Part shown: positions 41,301-55,740 of the stretch, piece by piece | Numbering within the stretch: position 1 is the first letter of the stretch | How the letters are laid out: every line of letters begins with the position of its first letter | DNA from: Eledone cirrhosa | Lineage: Eukaryota | NCBI GenBank assembly: GCA_964016885.1 | Contig: OZ024744.1 | Span: 120,280,001 to 120,344,000 of the forward strand | Direction: 5' to 3' | DNA: 64,000 bases | Notes under the pieces: generated by a model | What the model was told of the DNA's origin: nothing | What the model saw: only the letters and a program-made list of their open reading frames with translations | Databases searched by the model: none | Translations under genes and position numbers: made by a program

Positions 41301-43450
41301 ATTCAGAGATTCTTTCCTGAGATATTCTAACCACATGTCATAGTATCAGAGCTGTGATCTCTCAATTCAGAGATTCTTTCCTGAGACATTCTTACCACAT
41401 TTCATAGTATCAGAGCTGTGATCTCTCAATTTAGAGATTCTTTCATGAGACATTCTAACCACATGTCATAGTATCAGAACTGTGATCTCTCAATTCAGAG
41501 ATTCTATCCTGAGACATTCTAACCACATGTCATAGTATCAGAGCTGTGATCTCTCAATTTAGAGATTCTTTCATGAGACATTCTAACCACATGTCATAGT
41601 ATCAGATCTGTGATCTCTCAATTCAGAGATTCTTTCCTGAGATATTCTAACCACATGTCATAGTATCAGAGCTGTCATCCCTCAATTCAGAGATTCTTTC
41701 CTGAGACATTCTAACCACATGTCATAGTATCAGAGCTGTGATCGCTTAATTTAGAGATTCTTTCATGAGATAATCTAACCACATGTCATAGTATCAGAGC
41801 TGTGATCTCTCAATTCAGAGATTCTTTCCTGAGACATTCTAACCACATGTCATAGTATTAGAGCTGTGATCTCTCAATTCAGAGATTCTTTCCTGAGAAA
41901 TTCTAACCCATGTCTGTAGTATCAGAGCTGTGATCTCTCAATTCAGAGATTATTTCCTGAGACATTCTAACTCCATGTCCACAGTATCACAGCTGTGATC
42001 TCTCAATTCAGAGATTCTTTCCAGAGACGTTCTAACCACATTTCATAGTATCAGTGCTGTGATCTCTCAATTCAGAGATTCTTTCATGAGATATTCTAAC
42101 CACATGTCATAGTATCAGAGCTGTGATCTCTCAATTCAGAGATTCATTCCTGAGACATTCGAACCACATGTCTGTAGTATCAGGGCTGTGAACTCTCAAT
42201 TCAGAGATTCTTTCCTGGGACATTCTAACCACATGTCACAGTATCAGAGCTGTGATCTCTCAATTCAGAGATTCCTTCCTGAGACATTCTAACCACATGT
42301 GATAGTATCAGATCTGTGATATCTCAATTCAGAGATACTTTCCTGAGATATTCTAACCACATGTCATAGTATCAGACCTGTCATCTCTCAATTCAGAGAT
42401 TCTTTCCTGAGACATTCTCACCACATGTCATAGTATCAGAGCTGTGATCTCTCAATTCAGAGATTCTTTCCTGAGACGTTCTAACTCCATGTCCACTATA
42501 TCAGAGCTGTGATCTCTTATTTCAGAGATTCTTTCCTGAGACATTCTAACCTCATGTCATAGTATCAGTGCTGTGATCTCTCAATTCAGATATTCTTTCC
42601 TGAGACATTCTAACCACATGTCATAGTATCAGAGCTGTGTTCTCTCAATTCAGAGATTCTTTACTGGGATATTCTAACCACATGTCATAGTATCAGAGCT
42701 GTGATCTCTCAATTCAGAGATTCTTTCCTGAGACATTCTTACTGCATGTCATAGTATAAGAGCTGTGATCTCTCAATTTAGAGATTCTTTCATGAGATAT
42801 TCTAACCACATGTCATAGTATCAGAGCTCTGTGCTCTCAATTCAGAGATTCTATCCTGAGACATTCTAACTACATGTCATAGTATTAGAGCTGTGATCTT
42901 CCAATTCAGAGAATCTTTCCCGAGAAATTCTAACCACATGTCTGTAGTATAAGAGCTGTGATCTCTCAATTCAGACATTCTTTCCTGAGACATTCTGACT
43001 CCATGTTCACACTATCAGAGCTGTGATCTCTCAATTCAGAGATTCTTTCCTGAGATATTCTAACCACATGTCATAGTATCAGAGCTGTGATCTCTCAATT
43101 CAGAGATTCTTTCCTGGGATATTCTAACCACATGTCATAGTATCAGAGCTGTGATCTCTCAATTCAGATATTCTTTCCTGAGACATTCTAACCACATGTC
43201 ATAATATTAGATCTGTGATCTCTCAATTCAGAGATTCTTTCCTGAGACATTCGAACCACATGTCTGTAGTATCAGAGCTGTGAACTCTCAATTCAGAGAT
43301 TCTTTCCTGAGACATTCTAACCACATGTCTGTAGTATCAGAGCTGTGATCTCTCAATTCAGAGATTCTTTCCTGATACATTCTAACCACATGTCATAGTA
43401 TCAGAGCTGTGATCTCTCAATTAAGAGATTCTTTCCTGAGACATTCTAAC
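35330..43450. repeat. Dispersed duplication of a block of about 2.1 kb (about 35330-37420 and 41360-43450), offset 6027 bp
   Basis: AAATTCTAACCCATG at 35871 and 41898, and AACTACATGT at 36841 and 42868. Confidence 0.88.
37325..39116. repeat. Tandem duplication, period 896 bp (14 monomers)
   Basis: CAATTAAGAG at 37391 and 38287, and AAGTTTCAGA at 37751 and 38647. Confidence 0.92.
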
Positions 43451-44437
43451 CACGTCATAGTATCAGAGCTGTGCTATCTCAATTCAGAGATTCTTTCCTG
43501 AGACATTCTAATCACATGTCAAAGTATCAGAGCTGTGATCTCTCAATTTAGATATTCTTTCCTGAGATATTCTAACCACATGTCATAGTATTAGAGCTGT
43601 GATCTCTCAATTCAGAGATTCGCTCCTGAGACATTCTAACCACATGTCATAGTATCAGAGCTGTGATATCTCAATTCAGAGATTCTTTCCTGAGATATTC
43701 TAACCACATGTCATAGTATCAGACCTGTCATCTCTCAATTCAGAGATTCTTTCCTGAGACATTCTAACCACATGTCATAGTATCAGAGCTGTGATTTCTT
43801 AATTTAGAGATACTTTCATGAGATATTCTAACCACATGTCATAGTATCATAGCTGTGATCTCTCAATTCAGAGATTCTTTCCTGAGATATTCTAACCACA
43901 TCTCATAGGATCAGAGCTGTGATCTCTCAATTCAGAGATTCTTTCCTGAGATATTCTAACCACATGTCATAGTATCAGAGCTGTGATCTCTCAATTTAGA
44001 TATTCTTTCCTGAGACATTCTAACCACATGTCATAGGATCAGATTTGTGAGCTCTCAATTTAGAGATTCTTTCCTGAGATATTCTAACCACATGTCATAG
44101 TATCAGAGCTGTGATCTCTCAATTCAGAGATTCTTTCCTGAGACATTCTTACCACATTTCATAGTATCAGAGCTGTGATCTCTCAATTTAGAGATTCTTT
44201 CATGAGACATTCTAACCACATGTCATAGTATCAGAACTGTGATCTCTCAATTCAGAGATTCTATCCTGAGACATTCTAACCACATGTCATAGTATCAGAG
44301 CTGTGATCTCTCAATTTAGAGATTCTTTCCTGAGACATTCTAACCACATGTCATAGTATCAGATCTGTGATCTCTCAATTCAGAGATTCTTTCCTGAGAT
44401 ATTCTAACCACATGTCATAGTATCAGAGCTCTGTGCT

Positions 44438-45890
44438 CTCAATTCAGAGATTCTATCCTGAGACATTCTAACCACATGTCATAGTATTAGAGCTGTGATC
44501 TTCCAATTCAGAGAATCTTTCCCGAGAAATTCTAACCACATGTCTGTAGTATAAGAGCTGTGATCTCTCAATTCAGACATTCTTTCCTGAGACATTCTGA
44601 CTCCATGTCCACACTATCAGAGCTGTGATCTCTCAATTCAGAGATTCTTTCCTGAGATATTCTAACCACATGTCATAGTATCAGAGCTGTGATCTCTCAA
44701 TTCAGAGATTCTTTCCTGGGATATTCTAACCACATGTCATAGTATCAGAGCTGTGATCTCTCAATTCAGATATTCTTTCCTGAGACATTCTAACCACATG
44801 TCATAGTATCAGAGCTGTGATCTCTCAATTCAGAGATTCTTTCCTGAGACATTCTAACCACATGTCATAGTATTAGAACTGTGATCTCTCAATTCAGAGA
44901 TTCTTTCCTGAGACATTCTTACCACATGTCATAGTATCAGAGCTGTGACCTCTCAATTTAGAGATTCTTTCCTGAGACGTTCTAACTCCATGTCCACAAT
45001 ATCAGCGCTGTGATCTCTTATTTCAGAGATTCTTTCCTGAGACATTCTAACCTCATGAGATAGGATCAGAGTTGTGATTTCTCAAATCAGAGATTCTCTC
45101 CTGAGATATTCTAACCACATCTCATAGTATCAGAGCTGTGATCTCTCAATTTAGAGATTCTTTCATGAGACATTCTAACCACATGTCATAGTATCAGAAC
45201 TGTGATCTCTCAATTCAGAGATTCTATCCTGAGACATTCTAACCACATGTCATAGTATTAGAGCTGTGATCTTCCAATTCAGAGAATCTTTCCCGAGAAA
45301 TTCTAACCACATGTCTGTAGTATAAGAGCTGTGATCTCTCAATTCAGACATTCTTTCCTGAGACATTCTGACTCCATGTCCACACTATCAGAGCTGTGAT
45401 CTCTCAATTCAGAGATTCTTTCCTGAGATATTCTAACCACATGTCATAGTATCAGAGCTGTGATCTCTCAATTCAGAGATTCTTTCCTGGGATATTCTAA
45501 CCACATGTCATAGTATCAGATCTGTGATCTCTCAATTCAGATATTCTTTCCTGAGACATTCTAACCACATGTCATAGTATCAGAGCTGTGATCTCTCAAT
45601 TCATAGATTCTTTCCTGAGACATTCTAACCACATGTCATAGTATTAGAGCTGTGATCTCTCAATTCAGAGATTCTTTCCTGAGACATTCTTACCACATGT
45701 CATAGTATCAGAGCTGTGACCTCTCAATTTAGAGATTCATTCCTGAGAAATTCTAACTCCATGTCCACAATATCAGCGCTGTGATCTCTTATTTCAGAGA
45801 TTCTTTCCTGAGACATTCTAACCTCATGACATAGGATCAGAGTTGTGATCTCTCAAATCAGAGATTCTCTCCTGAGATATTCTAACCACA
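44438..45890. repeat. Tandem duplication, period 771 bp (12 monomers), second copy slightly incomplete or diverged
   Basis: ATCAGCGCTG at 45001 and 45772. Matching monomer starts lie at 44438 and 45209. Confidence 0.85.
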
Positions 45891-46889
45891 TGTCATAGTA
45901 TCAGAGCTGTGATCTCTCAATTCAGATATTCTTTCCTGAGACATTCTAACCACATGTCATAGTATCAGAGCTGTGATCTCTTAATTTAGAGATTCTTTCA
46001 TGAGATAATCTAACCACATGTCATAGTATCAGAGCTGCGATCTCTCAATTCAGAGATTCTTTCCTGAGACATTCTAACCACATGTCATAGTATCAGAGCT
46101 GTGATCTCTCAATTCAGAGATTCTTTCCTGAGAAATTCTAACCACATGTCTGTAGTATCAGAGCTGTGATCTCTCAATTCAGAGATTATTTCCAGAGACG
46201 TTCTAACCACATTTCATAGTATCAGTGCTGTGATCTCTCAATTCAGAGATTCTTTCATGAGATATTCTAACCACATGTCATAGTATCAGAGCTGTGATCT
46301 CTCAATTCAGAGATTCTTTCCTGGGATATTCGAACCACATGTCATAGTATCAGAGCTGTGATCTCTCAATTTAGAGATTCTTTCCTGAGTCATTCTAACC
46401 ACATGTCATAGTATCAGATCTGTCATCTCTCAATTCAGAGATTCTTTCCTGAGACATTCTAACCACATGTCTGTAGTATCAGAGCTGTGATCTCTCAATT
46501 CACAGATTCTTTCCTGATACATTATAACCACAAGTCATAGTATCAGAGCTGTGATCTCTCAATTCAGAGATTCTTTCCTGAGACATTCTAATCACATGTC
46601 ATAGTATCAGAGCTGTGATCTCTCAATTTCGATATTCTTTCCTGAGATATTCTAACCACATGTCATAGTATTAGAGCTGTGATCTCTCAATTCAGAGATT
46701 CATTCCTGAGACATTCGAACCACATGTCTGTAGTATCAGGGCTGTGAACTCTCAATTCAGAGATTCTTTCCTGGGACATTCTAACCACATGTCACAGTAT
46801 CAGAGCTGTGATCTCTCAATTCAGAGATTCTTTCCTGAGACATTCTAACCACATGTGATAGTATCAGATCTGTGATATCTCAATTCAGA

Positions 46890-49800
46890 GATTCTTTCCT
46901 GAGATATTCTAACCACATGTCATAGTATCAGACCTGTCATCTCTCAATTCAGAGATTCTTTCCTGAGACATTCTCACCACATGTCATAGTATCAGAGCTG
47001 TGATCTCTCAATTCAGAGATTCTTTCCTGAGACGTTCTAACTCCATGTCCACAGTATCAGAGCTGTGATCTCTTATTTCAGAGATTCTTTCCTGAGACAT
47101 TCTAACCTCATGTCATAGTATCAGTGCTGTGATCTCTCAATTCAGATATTCTTTCCTGAGACATTCTAACCACATGTCATAGTATCAGAGCTGTGATCTC
47201 TCAATTCAGAGATTCTTTACTGGGATATTCTAACCACATGTCATAGTATCAGAGCTGTTATCTCTCAATTCAGAGATTCTTTCCTGAGACATTCTTACTG
47301 CATCTCATAGTATAAGAGCTGTGATCTCTCAATTTAGAGATTCTTTCATGAGATATTCTAACCACATGTAATAGTATCAGAGCTCTGTGCTCTCAATTCA
47401 GAGATTCTATCCTGAGACATTCTAACCACATGTCATAGTATTAGACCTGTGATCTTCCAATTCAGAGAATCTTTCCCGAGAAATTCTAACCACATGTCTG
47501 TAGTATAAGAGCTGTGATCTCTCAATTCAGACATTCTTTCCTGAGACATTCTGACTCCATGTCCACAATATCAGAGCTGTGATCTCTCAATTCAGATATT
47601 CTTTCCTGAGACATTCTAACCACATGTCATAGTATCAGAGCTGTGATCTCTCAATTCAGAGATTCTTTCCTCAGACATTCTAACCACATGTCATAGTATT
47701 AGAGCTGTGATCTCTCAATTCAGAGATTCTTTCCTGAGACATTCTTACCACATGTCATAGTATCAGAGCTGTGACCTCTCAATTTAGAGATTCTTTCCTG
47801 AGACGTTCTAACTCCATGTCCACAGTATCAGAGCTGTGATCTCTTATTTCAGAGATTCTTTCCTGAGACATTCTAACCTCATGACATAGGATCAGAGTTG
47901 TGATCTCTCAAATCAGAGATTCTCTCCCGAGATATTCTAACCACATCTCATAATATCAGAGCTGTGATCTCTCAATTCAGAGATTCTTTCCTGAGACATT
48001 CTAACCATATGTCATAGGATTAGATTTGTGATCTCTCAATTTAGAGATTCTTTCCTGAGATATTCTAACCACATGTCATAATATCAGAGCTGTGATCTCT
48101 CAATTCAGAGATTCTTTCCTGAGACATTCTTACCACATGTCATAGTATCAGAGCTGTCATCTCTCAATTCAGAGATTCTTTCCTGAGACATTCTAACCAC
48201 ATGTCATAGTATCAGAGCTGTGATCTCTTAATTTAGAGATTCTTTCATGAGATAATCTAACCACATGTCATAGTATCAGAGCTGTGTAGTCTCAATTCAG
48301 AGATTCTTTCCTGAGACATTCTAACCACATGTCATAGTATTAGAGCCGTGATCTCTCAATTCAGAGATTCTTTCCTGAGAAATTCTAACCACCTTTCTGT
48401 AGTATGAGAGCTGTGATCTCTCAATTCACAGATTATTTCCTGAGACATTATAACTCCATGTCCACAGTATCAGAGCTGTGATCTCTCAATTCAGAGATTC
48501 TTTCATGAGATATTCTAACCACATGTCATAGTATCAGAGCTGTCATCTCTCAATTCAGAGATTCTTTCCTGGGATATTCTAACCACATCTCATAGTATCA
48601 GAGCTGTGATCTCTCAATTTAGAGATTCTTTCATGAGATATTCTAACCACATGTCATAATATCTGAGCTATGATCTCTCAATTCAGAGATTCTTTCCTGA
48701 TACATTCTAACCACATGTCATAGTATCAGAGCTGTGATCTCTCAATTCAGAGATTCTTTCCTGAGACATTCTAAATACGTCATAGTATCAGAGCTGTGAT
48801 ATCTCAATTCAGAGATTCTTTCCTGAGACATTCTAATCACATGTCATATTATCAGAGCTGTGATCTCTCAATTTAGATATTCTTTCCTGAGATATTGTAA
48901 CCACATGTCATAGTATTAGAGCTGTGACCTCTCAATTCAGAGATTCTTTCCTGAGACATTCTAACCACATATCTGTAGTATCAGAGCTGTGAACTCTCAA
49001 TTCAGAGATTCTTTCCTGGGAAATTCTAATCAAATGTCACAGTATCAGAGCTGTGATCTCTCAATTTTGAGATTATTTCCTGAGATATTATAACCACATG
49101 TCACAGTATCGGAGCAGTGATCTCTCAATTAAGAGATTCTTTCCTGAGACATTCTAACCACATGTCATAGTATCAGAGCTGTCATCTCTCAATTCAGAGA
49201 TTCTTTCCTGAGACATTCAAACCACATGTCATAGTATCAGAGCTGTGATATCTCAATTCAGAGATTCTTTCCTGAGATATTCTAACCACATGTCATAGTA
49301 TCAGAGCTGTGATCTCTCAATTCAGAGATTCTTTCCTGAGACATTCTAACCACATGTCATAATATTAGAGCTGTGATCTCTCAATTCAGAGATTCTCTCT
49401 TGAGACATTCTAACCACATGTCATAGTATCAGAGCTGTGATCTCTCAATTTTGAGATTATTTCCTGAGATATCCTAACTACATGTCATAGTATCAGAGCT
49501 GTGATCTCTCAATTCAGAGATTCTTTCCTGAGACATTCTAACCACATGTATCAGAGATATTCTTAATAGTGATCTCTCCATTCAGAGATTCTTTCCTGAG
49601 ACATTCTAATCACATGTCTGTAGTATCAGAGCTGTATGCTCACAATTCAGAAATTCTTTCCTGAGACATTCTAACCACATGTCATAGTATCGGAGCTGTT
49701 ATCTCTCAATTCAGAGATTCTTTCCTAAGACATTCTAACCACATGTCATAGTATCAGAGCTATGAACTCTCAATTCAGAGATTCTTTCCTGGGACATTCT

Positions 49801-52800
49801 AACCACATGTCATAGTATTAGAGCTGTGATCTCTCAATTCAGAGACTCTTTCCTGAGACATTCTTACCACATGTCATAGTATCAGAGCTGTGATCTCTCA
49901 ATTTAGTGATTCTTTCCTGAGACATTCTAACCACATGTCATAGTATCAGAGCTGTCATCTCTCAATTCAGAGATTCTTTCCTGAGACATTCTAACCACAT
50001 GTCATAGTATCAGAGCTGTGATATCTCAATTGAGAGATTCTTTCCTGAGTATTTTAACCACATATCATAGTATCAGAGCTGTGATCTCTCAATTCAGAGA
50101 TTCTTTCCTGATACATTCTAACCACATGTCATATTATCAGAGCTGTGATCTCTCAATTCAGGGATTCGTTCCTGAGACATTCTAACCACATGTCATAGTA
50201 TCAGTACTGTGATCTCTCAATTCAGACATTCTTTCCTGAGATATTCTAACCACATGTCATAGTATCAGACCTGTCATCTCTCAATTCAGAGATTCTTTCC
50301 TGAGACATTCTCACCACATGTCATAGTATCAGAGCTGTGATCTCTCAATTCAGAGATTCTTTCCTGAGACGTTCTAACTCCATGTCCACAGTATCAGAGC
50401 TGTGATCTCTTATTTCAGAGATTCTTTCCTGAGACATTCTAACCTCATGTCATAGTATCAGTGCTGTGATCTCTCAATTCAGATATTCTTTCCTGAGACA
50501 TTCTAACCACATGTCATAGTATCAGAGCTGTGATCTCTCAATTCAGAGATTCTTTACTGGGATATTCTAACCACATGTCATAGTATCAGAACTGTTATCT
50601 CTCAATTCAGAGATTCTTTCCTGAGACATTCTTACTGCATCTCATAGTATAAGAGCTGTGATCTCTCAATTTAGAGATTCTTTCATGAGATATTCTAACC
50701 ACATGTCATAGTATCAGAGCTCTGTGCTCTCAATTCAGAGATTCTATCCTGAGACATTCTAACCACATGTCATAGTATTAGACCTGTGATCTTCCAATTC
50801 AGAGAATCTTTCCCGAGAAATTCTAACCACATGTCTGTTGTATCAGAGCTGTGATCTCTCAATTCAGACATTCTTTCCTGAGATATTCTAACCACATGTC
50901 ATAGTATCAGAGCTGTGATCTCTCAATTCAGAGATTCTTTCCTGGGATATTCTAACCACATGTCATAGTATCAGAGCTGTGATCTCTCAATTCAGATATT
51001 CTTTCCTGAGACATTCTAACCACATGTCATAGTATCAGAGCTGTGATCTCTCAATTCAGAGATTCTTTCCTGAGACATTCTAACCACATGTCATAGTATT
51101 AGAGCTGTGAGCTCTCAATTCAGAGATTCTTTCCTGAGACATTCTTACCACATGTCATAGTATCAGAGCTGTGACCTCTCAATTTAGAGATTCTTTCCTG
51201 AGACGTTCTAACTCCATGTCCACAGTATCAGAGCTGTGATCTCTTATTTCAGAGATTCTTTCCTGAGACATTCTAACCTCATGACATAGGATCAGAGTTG
51301 TGATCTCTCAAATCAGAGATTCTCTCCCGAGATATTCTAACCACATCTCATAGTATCAGAGCTGTGATCTCTCAATTCAGAGATTCTTTCCTGAGACATT
51401 CTAACCACATGTCATAGGATTAGATTTGTGATCTCTCAATTTAGAGATTCTTTCCTGAGATATTCTAACCACATGTCATAATATCAGAGCTGTGATCTCT
51501 CAATTCAGAGATTCTTTCCTGAGACATTCTTACCACATGTCATAGTATCAGAGCTGTCATCTCTCAATTCAGAGATTCTTTCCTGAGACATTCTAACCAC
51601 ATGTCATAGTATCAGAGCTGAGATCTCTTAATTTAGAGATTCTTTCATGAGATAATCTAACCACATGTCATAGTATCAGAGCTGTGTAGTCTCAATTCAG
51701 AGATTCTTTCCTGAGACATTCTAACCACATGTCATAGTATTAGAGCCGTGATCTCTCAATTCAGAGATTCTTTCCTGAGAAATTCTAACCACCTTTCTGT
51801 AGTATGAGAGCTGTGATCTCTCAATTCACAGATTATTTCCTGAGACATTATAACTCCATGTCCACAGTATCAGAGCTGTGATCTCTCAATTCAGAGATTC
51901 TTTCATGAGATATTCTAACCACATGTCATAGTATCAGAGCTGTGATCTCTCAATTCAGAGATTCTTTCCTGGGATATTCTAACCACATCTCATAGTATCA
52001 GAGCTGTGATCTCTCAATTTAGAGATTCTTTCATGAGATATTCTAACCACATGTCATAATATCTGAGCTATGATCTCTCAATTCAGAGATTCTTTCCTGA
52101 TACATTCTAACCACATGTCATAGTATCAGAGCTGTGATCTCTCAATTCAGAGATTCTTTCCTGAGACATTCTAAATACGTCATAGTATCAGAGCTGTGAT
52201 ATCTCAATTCAGAGATTCTTTCCTGAGACATTCTAATCACATGTCATATTATCAGAGCTGTGATCTCTCAATTTAGATATTCTTTCCTGAGATATTGTAA
52301 CCACATGTCATAGTATTAGAGCTGTGACCTCTCAATTCAGAGATTCTTTCCTGAGACATTCTAACCACATATCTGTAGTATCAGAGCTGTGAACTCTCAA
52401 TTCAGAGATTCTTTCCTGGGAAATTCTAATCAAATGTCACAGTATCAGAGCTGTGATCTCTCAATTTTGAGATTATTTCCTGAGATATTATAACCACATG
52501 TCACAGTATCGGAGCTGTGATCTCTCAATTAAGAGATTCTTTCCTGAGACATTCTAACCACATGTCATAGTATCAGAGCTGTCATCTCTCAATTCAGAGA
52601 TTCTTTCCTGAGACATTCAAACCACATGTCATAGTATCAGAGCTGTGATATCTCAATTCAGAGATTCTTTCCTGAGATATTCTAACCACATGTCATAGTA
52701 TCAGAGCTGTGATCTCTCAATTCAGAGATTCTTTCCTGAGACATTCTAACCACATGTCATAGTATTAGAGCTGTGATCTCACAATTCAGAGATTCTTTCT

Positions 52801-53620
52801 TGAGACATTCTAACCACATGTCATAGTATCAGAACTGTGATCTCTCAATTTTGAGATTATTTCCTGAGATATCCTAACTACATGTCATAGTATCAGAGCT
52901 GTGATCTCTAAATTCAGAGATTCTTTCCTGAGACATTCTAACCACATGTATCAGAGATATTCTTAATAGTGATCTCTCCATTCAGAGATTCTTTCCTGAG
53001 ACATTCTAACCACATGTCTGTAGTATCAGAGCTGTATGCTCACAATTCAGAAATTCTTTCCTGAGACATTCTAACCACATGTCATAGTATCGGAGCTGTT
53101 ATCTCTCAATTCAGAGATTCTTTCCTAAGACATTCTAACCACATGTCATAGTATCAGAGCTATGAACTCTCAATTCAGAGATTCTTTCCTGGGACATTCT
53201 AACCACATGTCATAGTATTAGAGCTGTGATCTCTCAATTCAGAGACTCTTTCCTGAGACATTCTTACCACATGTCATAGTATCAGAGCTGTGATCTCTCA
53301 ATTTAGTGATTCTTTCCTGAGACATTCTAACCACATGTCATAGTATCAGATCTGTCATCTCTCAATTCAGAGATTCTTTCCTGAGACATTCTAACCACAT
53401 GTCATAGTATCAGAGCTGTGATATCTCAATTGAGAGATTCTTTCCTGAGTATTTTAACCACATATCATAGTATCAGAGCTGTGATCTCTCAATTCAGAGA
53501 TTCTTTCCTGATACATTCGAACCACATGTCATATTATCAGAGCTGTGATCCCTCAATTCAGAGATTCTTTCCTGAGACATTCTAACCACATGTCATAGTA
53601 TCAGTACTGTGATCTCTCAA
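46890..53620. repeat. Tandem higher-order duplication, period 3337-3400 bp (52-53 monomers)
   Basis: CTTACTGCATCTC at 47294 and 50631 (offset 3337). CTAAATACGT at 48771 and 52171, and the aberrant monomer at 49541 and 52941 (offset 3400). Confidence 0.9.
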
Positions 53621-53689
53621 TTCAGAGATACTTTCCTGAGATATTCTAACCACATGTCATAGGATCAGATTTGTGATATCTCAATTCAG

Positions 53690-55740
53690 AGATTCTTTCC
53701 TGAGATATTCTAACCACATGTCATAGTATCAGAGCTGTGATCTCTCAATTCAGAGATTCTTTACTGAGACATTCTAACCACATGTCATAGTATCAGAGCT
53801 GTGATCTCTCAATTTAGAGATTCTTTCATGAGATATTCTAACGACATGTCATAGTATCAGATCTGTGATCTCTCAATTCAGAGATTCTTTCCCGAGATAT
53901 TCTAAACACATGTCATAGTATCAGAGCTGTCATCTCTGAATTCAGAGATTCTTTCCTGAGACATTCTAACCACATGTCATAGTATCAGAGCTGTGATCTC
54001 TTAATTTAGAGATTCTTTCATGAGATAATCTAACCACATGTCATAGTATCAGAGCTGTGATCTCTCAATTCAGAGATTCTTTCCTGAGACATTCTAACCA
54101 AATGTCATATTATTAGAGCTGTGATCTCTCAATTCAGAGATTCTTTCCTGAGAAATTCTAACCACATGTCTGTAGTATCAGAGCTGTGATTTCTCAATTC
54201 AGAGATTATTTCCTGAGACATTCTAACTCCATGTCCACAGTATCAGAGCTGTGATCTCTCAATTCAGAGATTCTTTCCTGAGACGTTCTAACCTCATGTC
54301 ATAGTATCAGTGCTGTGATCTCTCAATTCAGATATTCTTTCATGAGATATTCTAACCACATGTCATAGTATCAGAGCTGTGATCTCTCAATTCAGAGATT
54401 CGTTCCTGGGACATTCTAACCATATGTCATAGTATCAGGGCTGTGATCTCTCAATTCAGAGATTCTTTCCTGAGACATTCTAACCACATGTCACAGTATC
54501 AGAGCTGTGATCTCTCAATTAAGAGATTCTTTCCTGAGACATTCTAACCACATGTCATAGTATCAGAGCTGTGATATCTCAATTCAGATATTCTTTCCTG
54601 AGATATTCTAACCACATGTCATAGTATCAGAGCTGTCATCTCTGAATTCAGAGATTCTTTCCTAAAACATTCTAACCACATGTCATAGGATCAGATTTGT
54701 GATCTCTCAATTCAGAGATTCTTTCCTGAGATATTCTAACCACATGTATCTCTCAATTCAGAGATTCTTTCCTGAGATATTCTAACCACATGTCATAGTA
54801 TCAGAGCTGTGATCTCTCAATTCAGAGTTTCTTTCCTGAGACATTCTAACCACATGTCATAGTATCAGAGCTGTGATCTCTCAATTTAGAGATTCTTTCA
54901 TGAGATATTCTAACCACATGTCATAGTATCAGATCTGTGATCTCTCAATTCAGAGATTCTTTCCTGAGATATTCTAACCACATGTCATAGTATCAGAGCT
55001 GTCATCTCTGAATTCAGAGATTCTTTCCTGAGACATTCTAACCACATGTCATAGTATCAGAGCTGTGATCTCTTAATTTAGAGATTCTTTCATGAGATAA
55101 TCTAACCACATGTCATAGTATCAGAGCTGTGATCTCTCAATTCAGAGATTCTTTCCTGAGACATTCTAACCAAATGTCATATTATTAGAGCTGTGATCTC
55201 TCAATTCAGAGATTCTTTCCTGAGAAATTCTAACCACATGTCTGTAGTATCAGAGCTGTGATTTCTCAATTCAGAGATTATTTCCTGAGACATTCTAACT
55301 CCATGTCCACAGTATCAGAGCTGTGATCTCTCAATTCAGAGATTCTTTCCTGAGACGTTCTAACCACATGTCATAGTATTAGTGCTGTGATCTCTCAATT
55401 CAGATATTCTTTCATGAGATATTCTAACCACATGTCATAGTATCAGAGCTGTGATCGCTCAATTCAGAGATTCTTTCCTGGGACATTCTAACCACATGTC
55501 ATAGTATCAGGGCTGTGATCTCTCAATTCAGAGATTCTTTCCTGAGACATTCTAACCACATGTCACAGTATCAGAGCTGTGATCTCTCAATTAAGAGATT
55601 CTTTCCTGAGACATTCTAACCACATGTCATAGTATCAGAGCTGTGATATCTCAATTCAGATATTCTTTCCTGAGATATTCTAACCACATGTCATAGTATC
55701 AGAGCTGTCATCTCTGAATTCAGAGATTCTTTCCTGAGAC
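53690..55740. repeat. Tandem duplication, period 1072 bp (17 monomers including one 46-bp truncated unit)
   Basis: AATGTCATATTATTAG at 54101 and 55173, with shared downstream variant order. Confidence 0.83.
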
